From contig NW_021825750.1 of NCBI RefSeq assembly GCF_006345805.1, forward strand, positions 1 through 14,544: DNA of 14,544 nt, given 5' to 3'. The DNA is from Octopus sinensis. Lineage: Eukaryota. Position 1 is the stretch's first letter. The number at the start of each line of letters is the position of its first letter. Position numbers and translations under genes: made by a program. This document shows, in pieces, positions 1 to 9,361 of this stretch. The notes beneath the pieces were generated by a model. That model saw nothing but the letters and a program-made list of their open reading frames with translations. It had not been told where the DNA came from and did no database searches.

Positions 1-228
1 ATATATATATATTATATATATATGTATATAATATATACATACATATATATCCACTGAATACGGTATTGAACACTCATTCTCACTATACGCCGTTTTCGCT
101 TGTATATTTGCGTGTGTGTATGATGTATGTATAAAATATATGTATATATATATATATATATATATTTATGCATATATACATACATATATGTACGTACCTA
201 CATCTACATGTATATATACATGCATATA
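1..228. repeat. Degenerate (TA)n/(TACA)n low-complexity tracts (1-50 and ~113-228)
   Basis: Direct inspection. These tracts generate the Y/I-rich ORFs 83-349 and 127-468. Confidence 0.85.
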
Positions 229-725
229 TGGGTACAGGACACAAAAAAAACGTCGAACACAATGAGAAACGAAAACATAAACACAAAATCAAGGAAATGG
301 ACATTTTTCTTAAACAACGAAAAAATAGAGTATAGGACATACAACACAAGGAAAATTCCTCTTCTTCAGTCGCCTCTGTTTCGCTTACTCCGCATTTCGA
401 AGGTAAAGGCGAGACACGACTTCATTGAAACATTCCTTCCCGCAAAAAGCAAATTAAATAAAATTTGAGATCTTTTTGCGGGGGGGGGGGGGTAAAAATG
501 GTAACAAAAACTGGACAGTAAAGACAGTACAAAATATAAACAGTAAAAGACAGGACAAGGAGAATAACAGTAACACAGACATTGAGGGCTGTTAAGCCAA
601 ACGAGAGAAAATATTACGAACGCTTTTTGAGAACGGCAGAGAGAGAGACAGGAAAGCCGTCTACACTCGAGGGAAGCGAGGTCAGAAAGACGGTAGTTTT
701 CTCGTCGCTGCTCAGCGACGGGACA
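229..725. mobile_element. Probable unclassified interspersed repeat, bounded on both sides by microsatellites
   Basis: ~500 bp complex block between a TA/TACA tract and (GTAT)n, ending in a GC-rich hairpin (CGTCGCT 703-709 / AGCGACG 714-720). It resembles a repeat I recall from Octopus assemblies. There is no second copy in the window, so repeat status is not shown directly. Confidence 0.35.
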
Positions 726-792
726 GTATGTATGTATGTATGTATGTATGTATGTATGTAGTATGTATGTATGTATGTATGTATGTATGTAT
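726..792. repeat. (GTAT)n tetranucleotide microsatellite
   Basis: Near-perfect array with one 1-nt slip near 760. Confidence 0.95.
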
Positions 793-1152
793 CCTTTTAT
801 TTGTTTCAGACATTAGACGTGGCCATCCTGGGGCACCACCTTAAAAAATTTTGGTCGAAGAAATTGATCCCAGTATTTATTTTATTGGTGTCTTTTACCG
901 AACCGCTAATTTACGGGGACGTAAACAAGCCAACACCGGTTGTCAAGCGGTGCTGGTCCGACAAATATATGCATAAAGATACACACATAGATATGTGCAT
1001 ATGTACACATATATGACGAACTTTCAGTTTCTGTCTACCAAATTCACTCACAAGACTTTGGTCGATCCGAGACTATAGAAGAAGACATCGAACTGAACCC
1101 AGAACCATGTGGTTGGGAAGCGAATTTCCTACCTTACAGCCATACCTGCACC
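793..1152 (-). mobile_element. tRNA-derived SINE (SINE-B), near full length, with internal deletion
   Basis: The reverse complement aligns along its length with the + strand copy at 12271-12606. It has a head GGTGCAGGTATGGCTGTAAGG (A-box-like) and GGGTTCAGTT (B-box-like), a body CCAAAG..TTGTGAGTG.ATTTGGTAGAC, and a tail GGTGGTGCCCCAGGATGGCCAC..AAACAAATAAAAG. About 21 nt (ACTGCGTGGCACCTTGGGCAA in the other copy) is missing near 1088. Confidence 0.88.
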
Positions 1153-1359
1153 TTCTATGTATGCATGTATCTATGCATGGACATGTGTATATGAACTTAC
1201 AAGTGTTATCTTGAGCGAAATCAAGGGGACGCAATTCAAGCTGTGCGATAAAATGTTTATCACATTCAATAGTTTTCTTATAAAATTTGCATAAAAATCA
1301 GTGTTAAAACTATGTAGCGAGAGATAAGGGGTTTTAGACTGCTGGCATATACATGCATG

Positions 1360-1425
1360 CATACATACATACATACATACATACATACATACATACATAC
1401 ATACATACATACATACATACATACA
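1360..1425. repeat. (CATA)n microsatellite followed by a short (CG)n alternating tract
   Basis: Direct inspection. Confidence 0.95.
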
Positions 1426-1617
1426 AACGCACGCGCGCGCGTGTCTATCAGTCATGTAGTTATTTTGGGATACAGGGCCAGAGTCTACATGCATTTGTAT
1501 TTGTGTATAGTACTCAGGTTTAAGGTGGATTTGTGAAAACAGGATTCAATAGATTACAAATCCCTGGTATTTCTGGCGCTGAAATGAAGGATCAACAGTC
1601 ATGATAGAAGATAGAAC

Positions 1618-1642
1618 ATCTATCTATCTATCTATTTATCTA

Positions 1643-1678
<36 letters not shown>

Positions 1679-1695
1679 CCTGCATGCCTGTCTGC

Positions 1696-1773
<78 letters not shown>

Positions 1774-1774
1774 G

Positions 1775-1825
<51 letters not shown>

Positions 1826-1908
1826 GTCTGCCTGCATGCCTGTCTGCATGCCTGCCTGTCTGTCTATCTATATGTCTGTCTGTCTGCCTGCATGCCTGCT
1901 TGCCTGCC

Positions 1909-1973
<65 letters not shown>

Positions 1974-2158
1974 GTCTATCTATATGTCTGTCTGTCTGTC
2001 TGTCTGTCTTCTATCTACCTACCCCCCTCTCTCTCTATCTATCTATCTACCTACTTCTCTCTCTATCTATCTATCTAGCTAGCTAGGTAGCTGTCTATCT
2101 ATTTCTCCCTCTTTCTCTTTCGCCTCTCTCTCTCTCTCTATATATATATATCTATATA
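1618..2158. repeat. Compound microsatellite (TCTA)n/(TCTG)n/(CCTG,CATG)/(CT)n/(TA)n
   Basis: Direct inspection. It is the source of the SIYL/SVCL ORFs 1601-2086. Confidence 0.95.
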
Positions 2159-2200
2159 AATTATAGGTACATATTGAACGTGTCTTGTTTCATAAATTGC

Positions 2201-2429
2201 ACGAGGGGGGGGAGCTGAAAATTCCCTGGCTTTTGGGTAAAAGAAAATACAGGAAGATCAGTTAATTATGATTTTATTCAACATATTCCCCCCTCAGATT
2301 CACACCCTTACTTCGGCGGTCCTTCAATTTCTTTTCTAAATCCTGCAAATAAGGTCGGAAGGCTGGGTCTTCGAGCAGGCCTTTCGCAACACCCTTAAAA
2401 GCAGGAACTTTTCAGCAACCGCCCCTTTA
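2201..2429 (-). mobile_element. Mariner-derived MITE / internally deleted Tc1-mariner element (~225 bp)
   Basis: Imperfect terminal inverted repeats: left GGAGCTGAAAATTCCCTGGCTTT (2211-2233) versus right reverse complement GTTGCTGAAAAGTTCCTGCTTT (2398-2419). The left end ACGAGGGGG is mariner-like. The internal minus strand encodes a mariner transposase C-terminus. The TA target duplication is degenerate. Confidence 0.8.
2274..2348 (-). pseudogene. Mariner transposase C-terminal remnant LQDLEKKLKDRRSKGVNLRGEYVE*
   Basis: Manual translation. It matches the conserved mariner transposase end motif (L..RW.KC....G.YVE*) and lies just inside the TIR. Confidence 0.75.
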
Positions 2430-2570
2430 AGGTTTGGGCATTTGTGAATGCTGAGTGGCACAGTTGTGACGGGCATCGTATATGTCTGGGAGATGCTGAA
2501 GGAGACCAGGTTAGGATGACACCCATTGCTGTATGATTCTGCGAGGGCCTGCATACCTGCACGTGCGCGC

Positions 2571-2577
2571 GTGTATG

Positions 2578-2610
<33 letters not shown>
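2571..2610. repeat. (GT)n dinucleotide microsatellite
   Basis: Direct inspection. Confidence 0.9.
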
Positions 2611-2685
2611 ATTTTTGCGTGAGCAGTGGAGAATGTTACAACCCGGTTTAGACATTCGGTCGAAGCTATCAAACATCGTTCACAC

Positions 2686-2793
2686 CTACTACTACTACTA
2701 CTGCTGCTGCTACTACTACTACTACTACTACTACTACTGCTGCTACTGCTACTACTGCTGCTGCAGCTGCTGCTACTGCTGCTGCTGCTGCTG

Positions 2794-2824
<31 letters not shown>

Positions 2825-2845
2825 GACGACGACGACGACGACTAC
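2686..2845. repeat. Compound trinucleotide array (CTA)n/(CTG)n/(CGA)n
   Basis: Direct inspection. It is the source of the poly-S, poly-Y/C and poly-L ORFs. Confidence 0.95.
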
Positions 2846-2853
2846 CGCTTGTG

Positions 2854-2952
2854 CAAAATGGCGTCAAAATGTATCCAATGAGCGTTCAGGTTTATGATAA
2901 ATACTTTAGCCACGTGACTTGAGACAACAGAAGTTGATTGTTTTAGTGACGT
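2854..2952. promoter_or_regulatory. Possible cis-regulatory motif cluster (YY1-like, CCAAT, E-box, CRE half-site)
   Basis: CAAAATGGCG 2854-2863, CCAAT 2875-2879, CACGTGAC 2911-2918 and TGACGT 2947-2952 fall within 100 bp of unique sequence. Motif matches only. Confidence 0.2.
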
Positions 2953-3261
2953 TTTTGCGCCTCCAGACACATAAATACGTAATCCATTAATCTATTCCCG
3001 TTTGGCCAGGGGGGGAGAGAGAGAGAGAGAGAGAGAGAGGGGGACAGAGGGAGAAAGAGATGTGATGGAATGGTACCAATTCTTGTCAAACATACAGACA
3101 CATCAACTTCAGTCAAAGACTTGTTTCCCACTTGTTATTTTGTTGCAGTGTCTTTTGCCAAAAAAACTCAACTTTAATCGTAACAAGACCAAAGATTGCC
3201 AAGAACAATACGTTCATTATTAACTGTTTTTTTTTTAAAAACAGTTTTATTATCATTGGTT

Positions 3262-3318
3262 TTATTATTATTATTATTATTATTATTATCATTATTATTA
3301 TTATCATTATTATTATTA
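3262..3318. repeat. (ATT)n microsatellite abutting a SINE
   Basis: Direct inspection. Confidence 0.95.
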
Positions 3319-3320
3319 CT

Positions 3321-3515
3321 GAAATGCTTAGCGGCATTTCGTCCGTCTTTGCGTTCCTGAGTTCAAATTCCTCCGAGGTTGACTTTGCCTTTCATCCTTT
3401 GGGGGGGGGGGTCGATAAATTAAGTACCAGTGAAACACTGGGGTCGATGTAATCGACGTACCCCACCAAACATCAAATTTGAGGCCTTGTGCTTTTAGTA
3501 GAAAAGATTATTATT
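3321..3515 (+). mobile_element. SINE-A copy, 5'-truncated
   Basis: Begins GAAATGCTTAGCGGCATTTCGTC, contains B-box-like GAGTTCAAATTCC and core GTCGATAAATTAAGTACCAG..CTGGGGTCGAT..AATCGAC, and ends TAGTAGAAAAGATTATTATT. Colinear with 8954-9169. Confidence 0.9.
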
Positions 3516-3520
3516 TCAAT

Positions 3521-3562
3521 GCTGTGCCACAGCATGGCCGCAGTCCGACGATTAGCATGAGT
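3521..3562 (+). mobile_element. Short 3' tail fragment of SINE-B
   Basis: CAGCATGGCCGCAGTC resembles CCAGCTTGGCCGCAGTC in the tail of the 12271-12606 copy. Confidence 0.5.
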
Positions 3563-3565
3563 AAT

Positions 3566-3567
<2 letters not shown>

Positions 3568-3596
<29 letters not shown>
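3568..3596. repeat. (CA)n microsatellite
   Basis: Direct inspection. Confidence 0.95.
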
Positions 3597-3599
<3 letters not shown>

Positions 3600-3752
3600 C
3601 CGTTAATGTTGTTCTTTAGCCCCAGGTCGTCCTGATCGAGAAGGCATTTGATCAAAACGAACGGCCAGCCTTGGCCACCCCATCTTTTTATTCAGACAGT
3701 GCATTTAAGATTACAATACTCATTATACACACGGTACCGCCCACCCCATTCC

Positions 3753-3766
3753 CATCATCATCATCG

Positions 3767-3799
<33 letters not shown>

Positions 3800-3889
3800 C
3801 CACCACCACCACCACCACCACCACCACATCATCATCATCATCATCGTCATCATCATCATCATCATCACCACCACCACCACCACCACACC

Positions 3890-3920
<31 letters not shown>

Positions 3921-3925
3921 CCATC
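3753..3925. repeat. Compound trinucleotide array (CAT)n/(CAC)n
   Basis: Direct inspection. It is the source of the poly-H/poly-S/poly-P ORFs. Confidence 0.95.
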
Positions 3926-4206
3926 CGACAGCTTTGCTTCCTCTTTGCTTTGGGCTTCCTTTTCCTTCAGTCAGATTAAAACCCCAAAGGCAGGGGACAA
4001 ACCCAAAGCCGTCTTCTGCTGGGAGTATCTCTTTTTCTGTCTTTTTTCTGCAATTTACACGACGCCATGCTAAAAATGTCTCCACCAAACAACAACCGTC
4101 TCATGTTTTTTCAACCAGAAATTCTTGTCTTTCGGTGGGAATTTAGCAATTTCTTATTTTGTGTTCTGGCAATTTCCCTCACTTTATTTTTACCTTGATC
4201 ACCATT

Positions 4207-5045
<839 letters not shown>

Positions 5046-5145
5046 CCACCGCAACCCCCTTATACTTTAAATTCTTCTCAACTATTGCGCTTGACAGTTT
5101 TCTCGCTTACGTGTGTACATGTGTATAGGCATCACAGTTGCGGAT

Positions 5146-5263
5146 GTGTGTGAGTGTGTATGCGTATGTGTGTGTATGTGTGTGAATGTGTGTGTATGGT
5201 GTAGGCATGTGTCTATAATCTGCGTGTGTGTTTTACATTTTAATGCAAGTGAATTTAATATAA

Positions 5264-5329
<66 letters not shown>

Positions 5330-5470
5330 CAATAATAGTAGTGATGATGATGATGATGATGGTTGTATGTGGTGGTGGTGGTGGTGAAGATGATGTTAAG
5401 TATGATTTCTTTTATAATAATAATAATGACGATGATGATGGTTTGTGATGATGACGATGATGATGATGAT
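5146..5470. repeat. Degenerate (GT)n (5146-5210) then (AAT)n/(GAT)n/(GGT)n arrays (5257-5470)
   Basis: Direct inspection. Confidence 0.9.
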
Positions 5471-5931
5471 CTTTATTCAAGTGTTTAATGGAAATACATC
5501 TTTTAGATTCGTCGTTCCCCCCCCAACACCCGTCTCCCTCATCCGTCCTCTTCTCCCACAGCCCACTTACCCCACCATTCCACTCAGCCCCCTTTAATCT
5601 GTCTAAAATATCTGCCGAACTTTGATTTTTATTCTCTAAAATAATATCACCTTAAAACTGTCTTCAGAAAGACATGCTGTGAGATATATTGATTTTTGTG
5701 TGATAGAATGATGGCGAGAGCGGCGGCGGGGGGGGGGAGGGGTGTGTTGTAATAAAAATATATTGACCTGCTAAGACAAGATTTTGCTATGAGTTATTCG
5801 AGGTTTTTATTGAAAATGAATATTTATATAAAATGCATTAAAAGACGAAAAACGAGGAAATCAAGTGATATGGAAAGAAAAAAGAAAAACAAATAAAAAT
5901 TAATTAAATAAAAACTATCGATAATTTTTTG

Positions 5932-6290
5932 CAATGTCTGACCAATATTCCTGAAGACTATTGTCCAGTCACTGACCGGTGGTTCTTAGAAACTATTGTT
6001 CATTCTTCAGTTATGTTCCTACACTCCTCTGCCGTTTTTTTCAATGGTCGCTGCTCTTGTAGACTTTACTGTATACCAGTGCTGCTTGGGAAATTCTTGC
6101 CATTCACTGACCATTCTTTTTAAAGACAGAATCCATTCCCTGAGCACAGATTCTTTAAAACCATTGTTCATTAGAAAGTTGTGTTCTCATTCCCTCTGGC
6201 GTTGCTATAGTGACATCTGCTCTTCTAACCTTTACTCTGCGCCAGCACTGTTTGATAACGACCTGCCATTGTCCATTAGAGACTTGTATT
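5932..6290. repeat. Degenerate tandem array of a ~130-170 bp composite unit (about 2.2 units) with a 33-bp sub-repeat
   Basis: Recurring CATTCACTGACCA-N-CTTTAA.ACCATTGT.CATT sub-repeat (e.g. 6101 and 6134, period 33). It shares exact 13- and 14-mers with 7721-7997. Confidence 0.75.
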
Positions 6291-6323
6291 GAATAGTCTC
6301 TCTCTTTCTCTCTCCCTCTCTAA

Positions 6324-6519
6324 GATAGCGATCTGGCGAAATCGTTGGCATTTCGGACAAAATACTTTGTGGAGTTTCTTCTGGCTTTAGTTCTGTGTTC
6401 AAACGCCGCCGATGTAGATTTAGTCGTTTATTCTTTCGAGAACGATAAAATAAGTATCAGTCGAGCACTGCTGTCGGTGTAATCGACTGGCCCCCTCCCC
6501 TTAAACTTTCAGGCCTTGT
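6324..6519 (+). mobile_element. SINE-A, older diverged full-length copy
   Basis: Colinear with 8954-9169 but with many substitutions: GATAGCGATCTGGCGAAATCGTTGGC..GTGTTCAAACGCCGCC..ACGATAAAATAAGTATCAG..TAATCGACTGGCCCCCTCCCC..AGGCCTTG. Confidence 0.8.
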
Positions 6520-6551
6520 AAATCAACGGATACAGAAAATAAAATAAATAA

Positions 6552-6722
6552 GGCGGCGAGCTGGCAGAATCGTTAGCGGCATTTCGTCTGCTGCTACGTT
6601 CTGAGTTCAAATTCCGCCGAGGTCGACTTTGCCTTTCGAGGTCGATAAATTAAGTACCAGTTGCATACTGGGGTCGATCCAATCGACTTATTTCGGGCCT
6701 TGTGCCTAGAGTAGAAAAGGAT
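6552..6722 (+). mobile_element. SINE-A, low-divergence copy with three internal deletions
   Basis: Intact head GGCGGCGAGCTGGCAGAATCGTTAGC, B-box-like GAGTTCAAATTCC and tail GTGCCTAGAGTAGAAAAG. Possible 10-bp target duplication AAAATAAATA (6541-6550 / 6727-6736). Confidence 0.92.
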
Positions 6723-7204
6723 ATAGAAAATAAATACTAAGAAGAACTGTTTACTCTCTCTCTATTCCCTCTACCGCTACTACAGTAGCTGCTGCTCCTA
6801 TTTACCTTTTTACTTCAATAAACTTCATCTTCTGGAGGAAAGGGCACTGCCCCTTAGCCTTTGGATCTTTGTAGGCCCTCCAAGACTGGTGAGTTTGATG
6901 GCATTGACGTTCCGTTTAAAATATCGTTGTTTTAATATCTGCGCGGGGGTAGGGAAAAGAGATTTCAGTGGGATGATGCGCTGGGGAGGAAGGACTAAGA
7001 ATCGTGGTTAGTGCGGGACGTGGGGTGGGATTGAACGTAACAAGGATGACGAGAAGTGGAGAGACGATTGGATCGGATGACCCCTCGACTGGAGTATGTA
7101 TGAGATTTGCTAGGACAAGAGGACATAATTGTAGTGACAGAAAAGAGGGAACAAGCTGCACGCCTGAGGGTCAGAGGCTGGAGTGTGTCCGTCGGGAACT
7201 TAAT

Positions 7205-7525
7205 GGCGCATGACTTTGTGGTTAGGATATTTAGTTCACAATCTTAGAGTCGTGAGTTCGATTCCTGGCGGCTCCTTGTGTCCTTCAGCAAGATCTTTAT
7301 TTCACGTTGCTCCAGTTCACTCAACTGGCAAAAATGAGTTGTACCAGCAATTCAAAAAGGACCAGTCATGTCACATCCTGTGTCACACTGATTCCCTCAG
7401 AGAACTATGTTACTGGTTCTTGTGACTGTAGGGTGCTCAATCACTTACACGTTAATTTCATGCGCAGGCTGTTCCCTTGACCTGATCAACTGGAGTACTT
7501 GTCGTCGTCACCGACGGAGGACCAC
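7205..7525 (+). mobile_element. tRNA-derived SINE of a third family (SINE-C)
   Basis: A-box-like TGACTTTGTGG (7211-7221) and B-box GAGTTCGATTCC (7254-7265) with tRNA-like spacing, followed by TGTGTCCTTCAGCAAG..CACTCAACTGGCAAAAATGAGTTGTACC, which resembles conserved SINE core domains. The 3' boundary comes from my recollection of the Octopus family. Confidence 0.75.
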
Positions 7526-7720
7526 CTTTAATGGCCAATCAGCCAAGTTCCTCCACCTCTACAGTCGAAGATGGTTTAGTTGTGTAGTAGCAGCACCATC
7601 GTAGACGCAGGAGCAGTTCCCAATCGTGTATCTCGCTTAAACCTTGTAAAATGTGAACAGCTATTGAGGGCTGAAATATTTTCTGACCAGCTTTTGGCTT
7701 GAAGGCCTTCCATAATCATA

Positions 7721-7997
7721 CATTCACTGACCAACACTCTTTAACGCCATTAGCCGTTGACCATTAGAGAGTTGTGTTCTTACTCCTACATCCACTATGT
7801 GGTCTCTTCTCCTCTAAACTTCTTTGCTATGGGCCAGATCTACTTTAAAAAATAACCCACTGCAATCATAAATTTACTGACCATTTACTCTTTAATACCA
7901 TTGTCCATTATAAAGTCGTGTTCTGTCATCCTCTGCCTTTTCCACCGCTACTATCGTGGTCGCTGCTCTTCTGAAATTCTTTACTGTCGTTGCCAGT
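7721..7997. repeat. Two tandem ~150-bp units of the same composite repeat as 5932-6290
   Basis: AATCATA-CATTCACTGACCA at 7714 recurs as AATCATA-AATTTACTGACCA at 7864 (period 150). TGGTCGCTGCTCTT is exact at 6045-6058 and 7957-7970. CATTCACTGACCA is exact at 6101 and 7721. Confidence 0.75.
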
Positions 7998-8212
7998 AAA
8001 GACTTCATCGCAAAGATTAGCCTCCCTGTTCAGAGACAGGGAATACTCCGACTCGCCCAACGAGAATTACTGGTTCTTTACGAAGCTGAAATGAGATTCC
8101 ATTATAGTGTACTGCCCCAAATCCTGGGGTCGTTGCTATAGTTACACACACGGAGACCTCTTAGAGCGCATTGTCACCCCAACCCACGAAAAGGACAGTC
8201 GATTAATTAACA

Positions 8213-8584
8213 CGATGTTAGCAACAAATTATGAATATTACTCTCTTTGACAAGATCAGGAAGGAAAAGATCCTATGCGGTGTGCTGGTCTGCTTACAAT
8301 GATGAAAATCTTGATTTGATGGAAATTTACGTCGGTTGGGACATGCACAGGATGGCCAACAGCTGACTCCGTCGACAAATCTTTTACCCCAGACTATTTC
8401 AAGGGGAAACCATGGAAGACCTGGACTGAGATTCAAAGATAAAAAGAATATGAAGTGGGAAGGAATTGATCATAATAAACGGCAAACTCAGGCGAAAAGC
8501 CGACCAGTTTGGAGAAAGCTTATCAAGTCATGCTCAAGCCATGAGTGGACAGAGTCGCCGCAACTGACCGCGAATAAGATATAA
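8213..8584 (+). mobile_element. 5'-truncated, degenerate RTE-clade non-LTR retrotransposon (ORF2 C-terminal region)
   Basis: Frameshift-corrected translation gives RC*QQIMNITLFDKIRKEKIL / RCAGLLTMMKILI / NLRRLGHA / RMANS*LRRQIFYPRLFQG / NHGRPGLRFKDKKNMKWEGIDHNKRQTQAKSRPVWRKLIKS. This follows the RTE post-RT pattern RCLR.I..I.W.D.I.N.EIL..AGL..M..IL..R.LRW.GHV.RM...RLP.QI.Y..L..G.R..GRP..R.KD. Confidence 0.85.
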
Positions 8585-8953
8585 ATCAGTCACCAACACA
8601 TTCCTTCCTCCCCACAGATGTGATGCGCCCTCCCGCTCTATCTTTTTCACGGCTTCTACATCGCCTCCTGCGCCCCGGATCTGACAAGTCCTGTTCCACA
8701 TCCACTCAGACACTGCACATTTCCCTATTGCCCACCACCATCTGTTCACACCTAACGTGTAGACTCCCGGACACTGTGGTAATCCCTACATCCAGTCGTT
8801 CCATCGCTTGACTCAGTTGAAATTTTATCTTCCACGTCAAACTACAAGTGCAACTGCATCAGTGTCGCCAGTGACGGAAGACCTGTAAAGGCTACGAGCA
8901 TTGCCTCCTTCTCCGAACCCAATCAGACACAACGGAAAAAAGAAATGAGCAAT

Positions 8954-9169
8954 GGCGGCGAGACGGCAGAATCGTTAGCGCGCCGGGCGAAATGCTTAGC
9001 GGCATTTCGTCTGTCTTTACGTTCTGAGTTCAAATTCCGCCAAGGTCGACTTTGCCTTTCCTCCTTTCGGGGTCGATAAATTAAGTACCAGTTGCGTACT
9101 GGGGTCGATCTAATCGACTGGTTCCCTGCCCCTAAAATTTCGGGCCTTGCGCCTAGAGTAGAAAAGAAT
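8954..9169 (+). mobile_element. SINE-A, full length (best reference copy in the window)
   Basis: A-box-like CGGCAGAATCG (8964-8974), hairpin CGAAATGC-TTAGCG-GCATTTCG, B-box-like GAGTTCAAATTCC (9026-9038), core 9072-9119 and tail GCCTAGAGTAGAAAAGAAT. Confidence 0.93.
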
Positions 9170-9361
9170 CGTTAGCACGCCGGACAAAATGCTTAGTGGC
9201 ATTTCGTCCGTCTTTAAGTTCTGAATTCAAATTCTGCCGGGGTCGACTTTTGTTTCTTCCTTTCGCGGTCGATAAAATAAGTACCGGTTGACCACTGGGA
9301 TCAATTTAATCGATTTACACCCTCCCCTGATATTGCTGGCATTGAGCCAAAATTTGAAATC
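9165..9361 (+). mobile_element. SINE-A subfamily variant fused head-to-tail to the previous copy, with a different 3' end
   Basis: Starts AGAATCGTTAGCACGCCGGACAAAATGCTTAG and ends GCTGGCATTGAGCCAAAATTTGAAATC followed by (AAT)n. Confidence 0.9.

Noticed and set aside
351-410. CTGAAGA and GAAA motifs on the minus strand suggesting a hammerhead
   Set aside because: The order and spacing do not allow stems I-III to form in any circular permutation I tried.
5517-5538. C-runs giving a possible minus-strand G-quadruplex; also H-DNA/Z-DNA-prone tracts elsewhere
   Set aside because: Such tracts are expected throughout a genome this rich in simple repeats, and nothing indicates function.
6916-7200. 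Minus-strand peptides SSRGVIRS and LVILVTFNPTP reminiscent of I/Nimb-clade LINE ORF1
   Set aside because: The motifs are in different frames and far too close together, and no downstream CCHC knuckle is present. Likely chance.
7205-7270. A/B-box regions as bona fide tRNA genes (also 8954, 12271)
   Set aside because: No complete cloverleaf or oligo-T terminator, and they continue into repeated SINE bodies.
7533-7542. Perfect NF-Y site GGCCAATCAG
   Set aside because: An isolated 10-mer next to a SINE end with no supporting motifs.
8618-8811. Good acceptor (8616-8617) with one open frame; faint resemblance (PPALSFSR, CSHLTCR) to Penelope linker regions
   Set aside because: Weak donor, no recognisable homology, and motif spacing inconsistent with PLE proteins.
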